From NCBI GenBank assembly GCA_973895155.1, contig OZ316897.1, positions 2,681,416 to 2,745,415 of the forward strand: a stretch of DNA of 64,000 nt, in the 5' to 3' direction. The stretch is from Marsupella aquatica (Eukaryota; Plantae; Marchantiophyta). The number at the start of each line of letters is the position of its first letter. The first letter of the stretch is position 1. The translations under genes were made by a program, and so were the position numbers. Below the pieces are notes generated by a model. The model was given only the letters and a program-made list of their open reading frames with translations, was not told the DNA's origin and did not search any database. Below, in pieces: positions 45,982-59,825 of the stretch.

Positions 45982-48900
45982 TCAATTGACAAACTCAAGA
46001 CCAGATACTGGATTCCCGTCATATAGCTCCAGTGCAGAAGTAGCAATAACCTGTATTCACACAAATGATGCAAATGTCATTTCTTTTGGTAGTATTGAAT
46101 ACTACACAAATTCAAAGCCTTAAAAGTTTTGAATCCAGGTTGAAACATACTCTCATGCGGATTCTAAACAAAAGGGCACTACTAGGGATATCAGAAGGGT
46201 GCCAAGGGTTTCCTTATACTTGCATTTCGAGATCGGAGATTATCACATATCTAAGGTTAAAGCCTTTTGGGTACCAATCCATAAGAAGTCTATTAGAAGA
46301 TAGAATCAGAGCGTACAAGAAGTACAGAACGACAACATATCAGAGAAATTCTAGAAGAGGACAGCAGTGCCATTGGGGATGTTTATACGTCGTGAAGTCA
46401 TAACCTTGTGAGCGACCAATGAGGATGATAGATCCTCAGCCGTGATGGATGAATCTTGTGAAGGAGGGAACACTCCAACGCTGAGTGCCTAGGGAGTTCC
46501 AGGTTTATGTCAGAGTGCATACCTCACCCATTGTCCTATAGGCGAATTCTGTTACGCCAGCAACGTGAGGTGTAATCACCACGTTCGGATGCTGTAATAT
46601 AGGATCTTGCGGGTCCACTGGCTCCACCCATGTAACATCAGAGCCAAGACCACCAAGGTGACCTGAATTCAAGGCTTCTGTCACTGCATTGTAGTCCATC
46701 AAACCCCCACGGGCAATATTCACCAAAAATGCTCCCTGCAATCAGAGATGAAAAGATCAAGATCAAGATCAAATAATGTTCAAGGGACTCCATTAATGAG
46801 ACTTCCCGGAACCTACCAAGTCTTGCTGCTTCAAACATCTAATATATATATATATAAGCTTGTCCCCTAGAGCTTGGAATTAAAAGAAAATATCAAGGAT
46901 TCACTATATGCTCTTGTTTTTTCCTTTTATTTATGTATTGCTTGAAGGGAGCATTTTACTTCACACGTAATCCCAAGACTACAGGGTAATCCAGACCATC
47001 ACCCTGATGACCGGCCAAATCATGCAATCACTACCAGTAGCATCCAAAAGGGAAGCAAGGGCAAATATCATCCAAAATGGAAACTAGCAGAGCTAGCAAT
47101 GATCCACTACACACTGAGAAAGCTTCTCTAAACCTATGGTGTCTTCAATTGAGTGCGCATTGGATGTATAAATTTCTAGACAGCTGGGCTCTGTAGCCTT
47201 TGCAGTGTCATAGATCAGAATCTTGCTCATTATTTCTCAACATTGGTTAGTATTGCTGAATGCAATTGTAGTGGTGATTACTAACGGAGGTTAGTGATAA
47301 TGACCATCAGCAACGTTTTGAGTACCACCTTTACCCCTACAATAACTGCTTAATAGAAATAGATCGCAAGTAAACCAAAATATTCAATGAATGGAAAATG
47401 ACGAGAGATACCCGTTTCATGCTTGCGAGAAACCCCTTATTGACCATTCCTTTCTGCATCAAACACAACAAGGAGGTCACCTAATCAATTAACATGATTA
47501 ATACCGCATTTTGGCAAGCTCGACTTCGTTTCCAGCGCTAAAACCGTGACGAGTGTTGTAAAGAACGTTCGATCACGCAGGCAATGCACATTGGGAGAGG
47601 TGGCGGACAAAGAGCTCACTGTTTCTGGAGTCAAAGAACAGCACATAACGACAATGTCTGCTTGGCTAATGAACTCATGAAGGTATTCCATGCCACCTTT
47701 ACGATCAACTGCAATGTCTGTATCTCCATTTGGTGTTGACGATCGATCAACTTCTCCTGGTAGTGGTGACCATCAGATTATGGTCAAGTTGTGGCCAAAT
47801 TTCTTGGAAAGTCCAGACATGGCTTGAATTTTGAATCAAGACTTGGCAGTTTGAATCACCAACATTTGTGTCCTTCTGAATGGTTTTCCTACTACACATT
47901 GAAACTTTGACTCGGGAGCTTAGCATGTGGTAGTGCTCAAAAGCACCACACGGAATAGGACAACTGCACCTTCTCCGTAGACCTTATTGTTCCATGATCG
48001 TCGCAGAGCAAGAACCCTAACCCCAAACGGTTTTAGTCGCGGTGCCAACTCTTTGCCAATATTCCCGTACCCGACAATGCATACCTGGCAGATACATATT
48101 AGAATTCCATGAATGGACCGTACTGAAAGATCTTAAACTCTTGACAAGGTTTGAAGAGCACTGTGCATGTCAGAAAGCAACTATGATAACAAGGAGACTT
48201 GTTTTCTAGAGTTGAGAAGTTTACGGTTGTGTTGAACAATGTTTTCGTTAGGGGTTCTCCAAGCCGTTTCTCCAGCACACTTTGTTCCATGCCTTTCTGC
48301 ACTATTATGAACGCAGATTCAGTCTCAACTGGAGCTCAAACATAAAATGGTATTACGAAACAGTTCTTGGGTTCATGGATAAGTGCTATTGAGACCATTC
48401 ATTTTTTCTTCAGAACACCATGATTCATTCACATTGATGTCCTCTTGCAAGCCTTAGGACGAAAGTACTTCAAGTCGGGACCTCAGCTATTTCCCTTAAT
48501 GATTTGTTCTCCCACACTATATCGCTGTATATCACAGACGTCAAGCTTCAACCTGTCTAGACGATTCAAGAGCTGGCATCACTACTTGAGAAGTATAGGT
48601 TAGGGGTCCTGATCCTGAATCCTATCCTGAACTTGCTCAGCCATCGTTACTTGATCATGACCTATTTTTTCAAGTCACTGTTTTGTGACTTGCTGCTCCA
48701 GTCAGGTGCTCGGGAGAACTGCATCGGGAAGACTTATCAAAGTGCTTTCAGTCCATCTTTTATGACAGCGAACCATACCTTCATTTAACAACTTGCATCA
48801 TCTCTAGAAACCACGGTGCAACTGTGAGCTCTAATGATTTGAAAACATGAGTTTCTGGACAGTTATCTGATGTTGGAATTTCTTTGTTTTGCCAACATTT

Positions 48901-50199
48901 AGCAAGAACATGGGTTTGTCCTTGGAAGTAAGAACCATAGATTCACCTGGTTTCGAAGAAGGCTGAGCATGAGATAGATGGCATGCTCTGCACACGACAA
49001 TGCATTCCCACAATCCAAACTTGGAATTCTTGCAACTTTGATTCCCAGTTGTGTAGCAGCTTCGATATCAACGCCTGGCGTCTCAAGAATAGCATCATGC
49101 GCTGTCAACAAGCTGCTGCTGTTCCGAGAACATCTTATACTACACTCCAAACTGCTAGCAAATCCGCTGCCAATTATTCTGTTTGAAGAATTCCAGCTCA
49201 TGGCAGATATGGAAAATGCAAAAGAATCAAATGGATGAACTTCAAGTCCAGGGGAGCAGTGACATCAGAATTTCACGTGAGTCATTAAACAAACGCAACA
49301 CTTGAGAAGAAAAATCACACAACGGCGTCCATTCCTCCAACTGAAGCAGTACCGGCCGTGCACTTCGGGAATGTATAGATCTAAGACCAATCCTTTATGA
49401 CTCATGGTCCTCAGCCAACCTCATTCCTTCTCCCTACATACAGAGTTGTCAGACTTGGAGGGAACGTTGATGAAACGTACCTTCCAGGCCCATTCCAAAC
49501 TGAGTAACGATCTTTAATTTCTTTGCCCGAGACAGGACATGAGAGGTCAGCTTGTAGTTTTTGCAAACACACATATCATATTCATGAATCTGATTCTCAA
49601 TTTCGTCCATAGGCAGCGTCTCCACCTGCCATTAACGATGCAACGTAAAGGTATCACAGTAGAGTTTTCAAACAAAGGATATAACAGCAACAGCTACGCA
49701 ATGACCTACTTGAACCATTTTTTTTCTCATCGTAGTTTTGCAGGCTTTTATTGAGTTGGGATCAAGCCCAATGTGCCAGCTCTGTGGTTCTTATAGAAAG
49801 CAAAAACCCAACAAGTTTGCAGATGAACTGAAATTAATTGAACAAGAAAACGACCACTTGGTGATTCAAGAAGGAAAGTCTAATTGGCACCAGCGGTAGG
49901 GAGGCGTGAATGGAAGGGAAGCGCAAGGGTGAGTTACTCACAAGAATGTGCGGGGACTGTTTGAGGTAATCCCGGGTGTAGACGAATCCCGAAGGAAATG
50001 CCTTATTCCCACAAAACAGCAATCGAAGCTGCCGTGTTCCTGCTCGGTCTGCTTTTGCTCCATTCTCTGTCATCCCAGCTTCTTCTCCGTTTCTATCCCC
50101 AGTGCTCATTCTGCGGCTCCTACCGTAGCCTTCCGCCCTGGATTTACTTAACGTCCTCCCTCTGAAGACAGAGAGCAAACTTCTGCTCATCCTTTGCAT
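45982..50199 (-). CDS. D-isomer-specific 2-hydroxyacid dehydrogenase (nine coding exons), probable organellar transit peptide
   Basis: Approximate exons 50199-49942, 49625-49481, 49076-48947, 48296-48225, 48084-47970, 47757-47620, 47453-47412, 46735-46523, 46050-45982. Motifs: QFGMGLEGVD, SCAEHAIYLML, GYGNIG, LVNIARGG, TPHVAG, terminal SGLEFVN. Confidence 0.93.
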
Positions 50200-50589
50200 T
50201 TGCTTCGACGCTTGCAGTTAGTTACGGCCTACAGTACGCTTTCGCTTCTGGGTGGTAACCACGGTCGCTTTACAAGACTGACCCATGGTCCTTACAAGCC
50301 CGTGGAATTTTAAAGTAGCCCTCGATACTCTTCACTTCTTTTAACCTTAGTTACTACGTGTGCCTTCTTAGGCCTCAAATCCAATACTCCCTAGACAACC
50401 GCACCCTACGTGGAAGGTATGGGTTGTAATTTTCTCCGCATCAATCATATCTCATTCAATTAGATTCAATTCAGTTCAAATCGGTGTGTGTACGACACGA
50501 AAGAGGACGGGAAGTCAAGCTTAGACAAGTTCGGTCCACCTCCTCCTGCTCCTCTTTTTCATGTTCCCAGTGGACAGATGATTGAGTAG

Positions 50590-51330
50590 CACCCTTGCTC
50601 AGCTACAGGAGAGCTGAAGGAGAGTCACCGACATTTGAGCCATTTCTTATCAATGAACTGCGAGCCAGAGGCAAGCAGATATACAAACTCGTCCCCTCAA
50701 TCAACCGTCAAAGACGCCCAAAACCAATCCTCGTCAATGTGAGTGGAGTATCAGTAAGAGCCAATTCTTCCCGGCTCCATGTGTTCATTGCACGAACCCT
50801 TTTCCACTCCCTGCGTATCTTCTCCATGAAGTTTCTAATGAACTTGAATGAACTGCGATTTCTGTCCACATCACAAGGGCTTTGCGGTAAAGACAATATA
50901 GACTCCAAGGAGCTAACCAAGGCTACAGAATCCCACCTTCAGTGGATCACCTCCGACGTGCGTTCGCACTATCTGGATGAGTTATAAGTCTCTCGCCTCT
51001 TCAGCGTAAGTGGACACTTGGGCCAACAAACAATTGGTCACCATGTCTGTCTGGAAGAACCAGCGACAGCACACCTCAGTCACCGAAAACACCTCAGTCA
51101 CCGAAAAGAGTGCATGGTCCCTGCAGAGCCGGGGTCTAAAAATTGACTGTGATATAAGCCCCTCCATCCTGGGAAATGGGCCCCAACGCTCGTCTTGTGA
51201 TGACTCAGTAGGAGCAGCAAGCTTCAGAACTACTGACCTTTTTCATTCCCTGAAGCTGAGGGGCAAGCTGGGATAGGTCGAGTTCCTCTTGTACCTCAAC
51301 TTGGCACTTTATGGTCCACACCCATCCTGT
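50590..51330 (-). pseudogene. Heavily decayed coding relic, possibly an F-box-associated beta-propeller domain
   Basis: Broken frames give RWDSVALVSSLES, KALVMW, REWKRVRAM and FWAS...DEFVYLL, loosely reminiscent of plant F-box C-terminal repeats; no intact frame. Confidence 0.25.
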
Positions 51331-51532
51331 ATATATTCAGGAGCAGTAGGAAGTGGAAAATAGAGGACGGAGTGCAACCTTCTTAGCCAAAATGACAACA
51401 TCACTGAACCTCCTCCACTGGCACTCGAACTCCTCTCTCCGTGCATCCCAGGCGGAAGGAAGAGTGGATCGTCCCGCCCCTCCATCTCCCTCCTCGTTCC
51501 GAATTCACTCCTCTTTACAAAATTGCCTGCAC

Positions 51533-54451
51533 ATGGTTGCTCTGGCAGGGTCCACCTCTCGGAGACTCTCGTCTCCTTGTTTATTGTATTCGCTGAATGC
51601 TTTGAGCGGTAATCCGTCACCTCAATCTCCCTTGTTGCTCGCTGGGCAGCACATGGATGTTGATGTGGTCCGCTTGTCGTCGCCTCATAGGACGAACTGG
51701 AATGGCCAACTCAGGGCAATTTCCGAGGAGAATGCCACGGATGTGGCCGTGAAAGAGAATTCAGGTGCGTTGTGTTTCATGAATATGCGAAATCTGTGTC
51801 GGATGGCAGATTCCCTAAGGAATTCCTTCGAGAAGATTTTCAGGCTGGAAATGCAACCTTGCAATGTCTTTTTTCGAGTGTCATATGCCTCAGTACAGTA
51901 CACATAACCAGTTTGTGCTATACTTTGTAAGGAGTACGAGTTAACAGACATTGTAAATAAGTGCTGCTGCTGGCTTGGAAGGCCGAATCATTTGAGGCAA
52001 GCTTCCTGTTCTTACGTGTTGACTAGAGGCCTCAGTAACTATACATGAATCGTACTTCTGTAAGAGAGAGGAACTCACAGGGTTAGAGAATCCCTCTGTT
52101 GTGCTAGTAGGCTATCCATCCCAGAAGCTGAACGAGGACTACGGCTAGTTGGTTTTCACTGTTTTTCATGCGCTGAATTGATAGCTCGCCAATCCTGACC
52201 TGCTAAAATTTACAGATTTCCTACCGCCTGGATGGCCTACTGTGGCTATCGCCCTCTTTGGTCTGGGGCTTCTATTTGGGCCGCCTCTTGATGGAATCCA
52301 CTCGCGGGTGGGACTCCAGGTGTATGACAATGGAGCCATCAATCTTTTCGGGCTGCAAACCAGTATCTGGGTGAGTTCATTTTTTCTGATAGTAGAGCTG
52401 CTCTAGCATGCTTATAGTAGCCAGCTTTAATTACTCTATAGCAGCTAAGTCCAGCCTTCGTTGAATTGAACCCGAGTGAGTGGATTGTGTAGCAAAGTGT
52501 TCAGCATGTTGATCATCGTAGATTTTAAATTCCAGTCTCGATAGTTCGGTTTCGAAGAAAAGAATGAGTCAAGTGAATGATAAATACCACATATCCCCAA
52601 TTCGGTGCAGGGAACAGATATCACAAGGCAAAAATGCCAGAAGAAAATAAATGAACAAGGAAACTAATAGCCACGTATTAGCTTGTTGTCCTTCTTTTGC
52701 CAGTGTTCAAGCAAATTAGGCAACAGAATTCTAAACTACATAACTTATAAATCCTTTAAATCTTAGAAGGAGACAATTTTAGAGAAGTTTTTAATGATAA
52801 TGCCTAACTTGGGCGGCCTCTATTGTGAGTAGGTGCCTCCACTCCTGGGTGTGTTCTACAGCTTAGCTGGTTTGTTATCGCTTGTTCTCGACAAGAAGCT
52901 TGCTCGCAGCGGCAACACCCCGACAGCAAATTTTACCAAGGTTGCTGCTTCATTAGTGTGAGTAGTGGTAATCCTTGAACGCCTTTGAGCATTTCATTAA
53001 TAAAATATTTTCCTACTGCTCCTGAAAAGTCCTGTCAAGAAGTCAACTAATGTTCTGCAGACTTGGAGAATTACTCAATTGCAAGTTTGATTTGGTTTTC
53101 TTTGATGCGCTAATTAACTTCAGTGAGGATGCACCAGCTTGGCTGACTCGTACTTAAACAAACAGCTTATCCTCTCACTTCGTGTGTATGTCATCACAAT
53201 TTAGACGAAAGGATCATTGTCGGTTGTTGTTCCTAATTGCACACTAATGTCGCTCACTGGATGCTTCTCACAGCAGTTATGAAACCCAGGAAAGAACACG
53301 TCTGCGGTCAAATTTGTGAATCAAAATTACCCAACTATATATCTTCTGTCTGAGTTTCTGCCCGTGAGATGTCTCATGATAACCTAAGAAGTTGTATGGA
53401 AAACATGATTTGGGCTGTGACAGATCCTTGGCTGTTTTGCTGGAGCTAAGTGCAGAGCTGTACCATGCTGGTGTACCTGCAAATATTGAAGGATACATAC
53501 TATTCTTTGGTGCACAGTTGAACTGGGTTCTATTGGACAACACCTGGTGGGGGTTCGCTCTTGCTTCTTTGATAGGAGTGGTTTGCCCACTTGCAGAGAT
53601 CCCGATAGTCAAGTAAGGGCATTCTCTTCAAATATTTGAATTACACTGAATAGAACAAAGATTAATAAAATTTGGGTTCCATAGTAGATGGACTTACGAC
53701 CGCTTTCCTAGTTTCCTTGCAGCGTTGGCTTCTTATGCCGGCTTGCTTTTATTAGCCTCGATGATGACAGCTTTTGCGTGACGTTCTTGCTTAATCTCAT
53801 GGTCTATACTTTCTTCTGGATCTTGGCAAATCTTCCCTACAGCGGTGGTGAGGCCAAAATTCTAACAGTCCAATTGCTTGCCCAGAACATTTGGCCTCTG
53901 GCACTATCCGCAAGCGAATGTCAGCCTCTTTGGTGAAGTGAGTTCCTTCTCTTTCCGATGCTATTTCACACCTGGTCTAGAGATATCCGCCGGCGTTCAA
54001 TGCCTGATTTCTTAAATATCTTCAAACCAATAGAGACACATGAAAAGTTAAATGAGTTACTTTCCACAACTATGTAAGGTTCTCGAGTAACTTCCTATTT
54101 TTCTGCGAAGCGTTTTTTTAGACCTAATGCTCAAAACCTGATCAGCTATCTGATGGCAACATGAAGCCAACTGAAAGTTATAGAACTTTCCCAGCCCATC
54201 ATCTTGCATTTTCTTTGTGTTCTTGCTTGCTTTGAGCCTTTGAGCCCTTTCTTCTCAAATTTTGGTTTCAAGACTAATCTTGGTATGAAACTGCTGTCAG
54301 AGTAAGTCCCACCAGTCTAATATCCGTGTTGCTAACTCAGGGATTTGTCACGTGGGTGATCTGCTGCTACTTTTTCTACACTCCTTTCATCTCAAACCTG
54401 GCAAGGTGGCTGGTCAGCTATCAGAAAGATTTGGAGGAGCCAAAACAATAG
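51533..54451 (+). CDS. INSIG (insulin-induced protein)-like integral membrane protein, six exons, probable plastid transit peptide
   Basis: Phase-consistent exons 51533-51764, 52216-52370, 52833-52957, 53424-53612, 53886-53937, 54341-54451. Motifs: [49 protein letters not shown]. An alternative in-frame ATG is near 51392. Confidence 0.88.
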
Positions 54452-55457
54452 CTAGCTTCCCACGCATTTCCTTTAGTATACACATGGTATGATACACGTT
54501 GGGACATTGGTCAAACATATAAATCTGGTTGCTTGGTCAATGGGGAGATCACAATATAGATCTCTTTGTGAAACTTCCAAGCTTGTGTTTGCCTCGTATT
54601 GTTGAGTTTTCCGTTTCTATGTCAATACCCTTGTGTCGGATGTACGGCACTGTACAGCCTGAATTTTTTTACACCCTCCCCTAGCTGATTGAGAGGCACG
54701 AGAGAAGTGATATTCAAAAGCACTTCACCATTGAACTCAAAGTCGAGAGACTGCTACAGAACACGCAAATGACTTTTTCCCACAGAATATTGCGGCTCGA
54801 GTAAGAAGACTTGGTTATAAGGAAACAGAGATAGATGTCTGATAATCGATCCCACTAGCATTGATGGAGAGAAACGTTCTAATGCCTTTCATGCAATCTC
54901 ATGTTGAATAGTTTGACGAATTCTGAGTGAGCATATGATGAAAGCCAGGCCATTGCGTTATGAGGATGAAATCGACATACAATCCACCTGAGCTTACACT
55001 GATCTACGGAAATTGTTGTCGCCTTCCGCATGATTGTAGATGAGCATGACATCGATGAGGAATTGAACAAAAAGAGACTATGCTACTGTTAGGCTGCTGT
55101 GGGGTTGTTAGAATACAAATCATCCATAACTATTTTGCCTTTCATAGTGCCTCCGTGAGTCACTGGTCCGAGCAAGGGCCAATGACGAAGTACATTTCGG
55201 TAGCGTGACCAGCTCACTGCTCCCGCAAGGCCAAGCTTAACGAGACATGCAACAAGCACAAAGGAGAGAGATTAAATTTCATAGCCAAAATTGTCTTATT
55301 CGTTTCCTGAAGATCACAGCATCTGACCAAAGTTAACTCGACGTAACTTCTGTGTTAATGTTTGACTTGTTCTCTATGGATGTTGACAAAATGCACGCAT
55401 AACAACTTTAAGTTGATAAGGAGTATGTTCTCGAGAGTAGAGTAGGAGATCCAGCTT

Positions 55458-55967
55458 CTAGTTTGATGGATTGTTGACCAAATCTTCGAGTACTTGGAGA
55501 GATTTCCTGAACACTTCACTCATGTACTCCGCCACCTTCTCCTCAGTTCGGCTCGCAATAGGACTCACACTGAAAGCCCAATCAACAGCAGTGGTTCCGT
55601 CCCCCAGATCTTGCAATTTGAAGTTGCAGACGTAGCCCTTGAACCCAAAGTTATTGTCCAGCATTTCGTAGCTGAAGCTGTATTTCCCTACATCCCTGCT
55701 GAGAAGCCTCTCCTTTGCCCAGGACTTGCTTCCATCAGGCCTTGGAAACGAGTTCCCAACCATGTAGCGGACACAGCCCGGCTGGTTGTATTCACCGACG
55801 GTTGTTTCACACTTGTCAACGCTATTCATCCATTTGTCCAGAGCGCAGAAATCTCCTGCAATGGCCCAGGCCTTGTCGGCTGGGATATTGATGGTTTCCG
55901 TCAGTGCTCCGTGCCATCTCTCCCCTGTTACGTCGGAACTCGGTGAAACTGCATCGGTTGCTGCCAT
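55458..55967 (-). CDS. SRPBCC / polyketide cyclase-dehydrase (lachrymatory-factor-synthase-like) protein, intronless
   Basis: RWHG...PADKAW...DFCALDKW...GEYNQPGCVRY...WAKERLL...SYEMLDNNFGFKGY...VDWAF pattern of the plant START/Bet v1-like family. Confidence 0.9.
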   Translation of the reverse strand: MAATDAVSPSSDVTGERWHGALTETINIPADKAWAIAGDFCALDKWMNSVDKCETTVGEYNQPGCVRYMVGNSFPRPDGSKSWAKERLLSRDVGKYSFSYEMLDNNFGFKGYVCNFKLQDLGDGTTAVDWAFSVSPIASRTEEKVAEYMSEVFRKSLQVLEDLVNNPSN

Positions 55968-56268
55968 TACAATCTTAAACAACAGGAACTTTCAAGTCAG
56001 GATGCCTGCCAAGGACATACACACTTTGAAAAATAGATACACAGAAAGAAATGTCCAATTATTCACCGGCAATTGTAATGGAGCAAGCACGTCTAGGGTT
56101 AGGCGACCTCAAACACTTCTGATGAAGAGAATCCGTGCACTGGTAAGCGAGGGCCGGTAATGACTTGATTGCACTACTATTCCCACCGTCCTCTTCGTCC
56201 CTTACAATTTCGAGAACCCTCAACGATGGTAACTGTGTGTACAAGGAGGCATGTGTTTGTTAGGCGAG

Positions 56269-56631
56269 GAGATAGCTGCTCAAGAATTGAAGCCAGTAGT
56301 GTGTTCTACTCTGAGATAGCTGCTCAAGAATTGAAGCCAGCAGTGTGTTCTACTCTGAGAAGGAAGACAATGAGATCAGAATCTGGGATGATGTTGGCCT
56401 GAGTGGAGCTCCACGTACTTGGGCACAGTTGGAGGCAAGGGATTGCAAAATGAGATAGCTGCTCAAGAATTGAAGCCAGTAGTGTGTTCTACTCTGCGAT
56501 AGCTGCTCAAGAATTGAAGCCAGCAGTGTGTTCTACTCTGAGAAGGAAGACAATGAGATCAGAATCTGGGATGATGTTGGCCTGAGTGGAGCTCCACGTA
56601 CTTGGGCAAAGTTGGAGGCAAGGGATTGCAA
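56269..56631. repeat. Hierarchical tandem duplication: 183-bp unit x2, each starting with a 44-bp subunit x2
   Basis: GATAGCTGCTCAAGAATTGAAGCCAG(T/C)AGTGTGTTCTACTCTG occurs four times; the remainder of the unit occurs twice, near-identical. Confidence 0.92.
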
Positions 56632-56739
56632 TTGGCAAGAGTCTGGCATTGACTGCGTGCAGTGAATTGGAACGAAGAGTCCACACTCTCGAGAGAGGGA
56701 TCCTCTTGGCCCGGTCAGCACTCAGCAGAGTGTGTACTT

Positions 56740-56930
56740 ACTTTTTGGTTTTCTTAGAAAGGAAATCTGTGAGACCCCACCCCATAGAAAGGGGACGTGT
56801 GTACTTTTTTTTTTTAGAGGGGATATCTTTTTTGGTTTTTTAGAAAGGAAATCTGTGACAACCCCCCATAGAAAAGGGAACGTGTGTACTTATTTCTTTT
56901 AGAGGGGATATGTGTGAAACCCCATAGAAA
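56740..56930. repeat. Short degenerate tandem duplication (about 90 bp)
   Basis: TTAGAAAGGAAATCTGTGA..CCCCATAGAAA..ACGTGTGTACTT..TTTTAGAGGGGATAT occurs twice. Confidence 0.75.
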
Positions 56931-59825
56931 CAAACAGTCAATCACAACATTTGAACCCCAGACCTATGAGTGGTTACTCAAGTGACCCAAGACCTATGAC
57001 TCATTACTCAAGTGAGCTAACAAGCAACCTCTATGGGCATGTGTACTTATTTATTTATTATATCGGAACACCAAACAACAAAAGGGTGCATAGGGGGAGA
57101 CACAATCCCAAAGGCATTAGATGCTTTCACAAGGAGAAAATAACGGGAAACCCCACAAAGATCAATGAGCCAGAAAGCCCCGGAAGTTGAAGTCACAAAA
57201 AAAAAATTGTCTAGAGACCCTAAAACTAACAGCCTCACCCTACAATTAGTTCGTGGACCCCCTGGTTACATTTTTTAGGCCTTGTTTGAGCTTGCATTTT
57301 GAGAGGCTAATATGGTCCATAATGCTCTGCTAGCACACATTAAAACACTTAAGATCTATGAGATATTTTCACTAATTTTAGAACATTAATTAATAAACCC
57401 AAGGCACAATTTTGTTTATGTTAGTTGATTTGGGCATTGGATGACACTATATTTTACCACTAAATTGCCCTAGGTACTCAATTTGAGTTGAGAAGACTAC
57501 TTTCTCCAAATCAATTGAGAAATCTGCTTTTCTAAGCAAGGAACCCTAAGCTTTCTAGTAGCTAAGTCCTCTTTGTAGAATATTTGTCACCTGATTTGTT
57601 TATGTACTTTCAAATTATTGGAAATTCTGGAGATTTCACTGAAGTCTGAATTTGGCAAGTTTTGAATTAGAGGTGAATAGCCTCATGACCTTGATGCAAC
57701 TATTCACCAAATGGAGAAGGGCAGTGCTTAAAAAAAAATTAAAAAAAGGGCAGCACTTAAGCTTTCAAATGAGAGAAGTCTGATTAAGAAGAGAAGCTGG
57801 TAGTCATGTTGTGTTGGACAAATAGGTTAGATTTTACAGCTTGTATTGTTTAGATTAGATTAGATTAGATTAGATTTTCTCACGAAATCAATTGTGGACC
57901 CATTCAGCCATGCCTGAGCAGTTGACATTTTTCTAACTGCCACATGAATACTTTGCCTTGCAGGCCAAAGTCGACAGCATAAATATCACAAGTAGTTGTC
58001 AAAATCAGGCTTTTCGCTACATGCAACCAAATTCTCAAGCTACAAGAGTCAATAGTCAATCCGTGGCAAGTCCATTTGAAACCAGATCAATGTCTGATCA
58101 AATGAATTGAATCAATTCATTGAATTCAAGTCCCGACCATAGTTGGCAGTTTGTCTAAATTGCAAAAGGCTGAAAATCTTACTCCATGTGCCAATTATCT
58201 TTTAACAAGGAAATTATCAAGTTAGTTATTAGTCATTGTTTATTATTTGAAAAATACTTTTTAAATCTTTGAATTTAATTTTTAAAATTGGATACGTAAC
58301 TAAAACGGTTACAAAGTGACAGTTTTACCGGTCTTGCTCTTTGCATTTCTAAATTTTTACATTTCTTTTTACGGTATGGCGTCCCAAAATTTACACCCAA
58401 ATTGACGCAAACACGAATGAAAACTGTAAGTTGATTCATAAAACTGATGAGTCTTGTTTGTTGCGGTTGTTGTTGACGTGGCATACTCTGGTATCAGGAA
58501 TTTTGGTACGAACCTCTAATGGGGTCCACAAAGAGTATTGTACCATCTACATTGTTTACTACCATTAGTGTAACAGTCTACAGTGTATGAGACATTCATG
58601 CATCTACACTGTTTACTGCCATGAGTGTAACTCTAACTAATTCTGGTTGAGAAATTTCTGGGCTCGTCTCATGATCTAGATGTTTGACAAAATGCCCGGG
58701 TGGACCAGTGCAACCCAGATAGACTGCAGAAAAACCTTTTTTGTACTCAGAGGGCTTCCTTGTCTTTGTAAATAATTCCATACTTTCCTGGACTAGAGTA
58801 ACTTGGTCATCCCGTTTGCAAGGTTTATGGGAGTCCCAAGGTACATGGAATGGTCTAAAGTTTTGTCCACTCAGTCTCCTGGAATGCATTGATTGCATTT
58901 CTCACATAAGCCCCCTCTGGTTAGTCTCATGCCTGGAAGCCTAGATTTTAGGCTGAGAAAGGCCCACTCTCATGCCTGGAAGCCACTCAATTTGGTATGG
59001 GAAAACTCACTTTGTGTCCTTTCCTTCTTGTAAAATGCCCCTGATGGGAGACATTGGGCAGGGCACCTTGTTTGATTGCAATGACTGTGCTTTAAGGGAG
59101 GTGCATTTCTTGTTCATCGATAAATAAATTATTTTGTACAAGTTGTTACATAGATGTGAGTGTAAGATAATGGTAAAACCTTTGTCTTGAAAGGAGGAGT
59201 TATTTGGTTTCATACTTGTCAGATCACTGGAGTATTTCAAGTTTTCCAAAATGGGTCTCCTAGCCAGACAAACAGTTGAATAAACATTCAAGAAAGTTAA
59301 AAGGGGTTTACTGGTATTTCCAAATGGCCCAAGAAACGAAGAAATCACCCTGATAAAATCAATTGACAATTAAATAACCACCAACATAATCCACCATCAT
59401 AAGCAACTGGTCTTGTCGCAAGTGCACCATAAGACTATTGTGAACGATATTTCTCCTTTTTTCTCTGCTCGCGGGTTTGACTAGGAATGTAGAGATCCTC
59501 GTCCAAATTCGAGGAAATTCGATTTCAGCGTGGTGTCATCGGATGTGTCTCGATGCGACGTACTTATTATCCGAGCACCTGTGTCGAAAGGAGAAGAGTT
59601 GCGGTACGAGAAGCAAGGATTTCCTGCTTGAGAAGAGTTGCGGTACAAGAAGAACGGATTTCCTGCTTGATCCACAAGGGCGGAGCTGAAAAGAGAATTC
59701 TATATGAAGAAGTTGTTCTCGTACTACAGAGGTTCTTTTGCTCAGGACGAATTGAAGACGAAGAAGGTGGTTTCGGTCGGTGCAACTCAAGCACTCGTTG
59801 ATAAGCGTGTTTGATTGAGCAAGCT

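Noticed and set aside
55458-55967. PYR/PYL ABA receptor assignment for the SRPBCC protein
   Set aside because: Lacks the SGLPA gate and HRL latch motifs.
58484-58500. TGGTATCAG primer-binding-site-like motif
   Set aside because: Only a partial match, with no adjacent LTR end or gag sequence.
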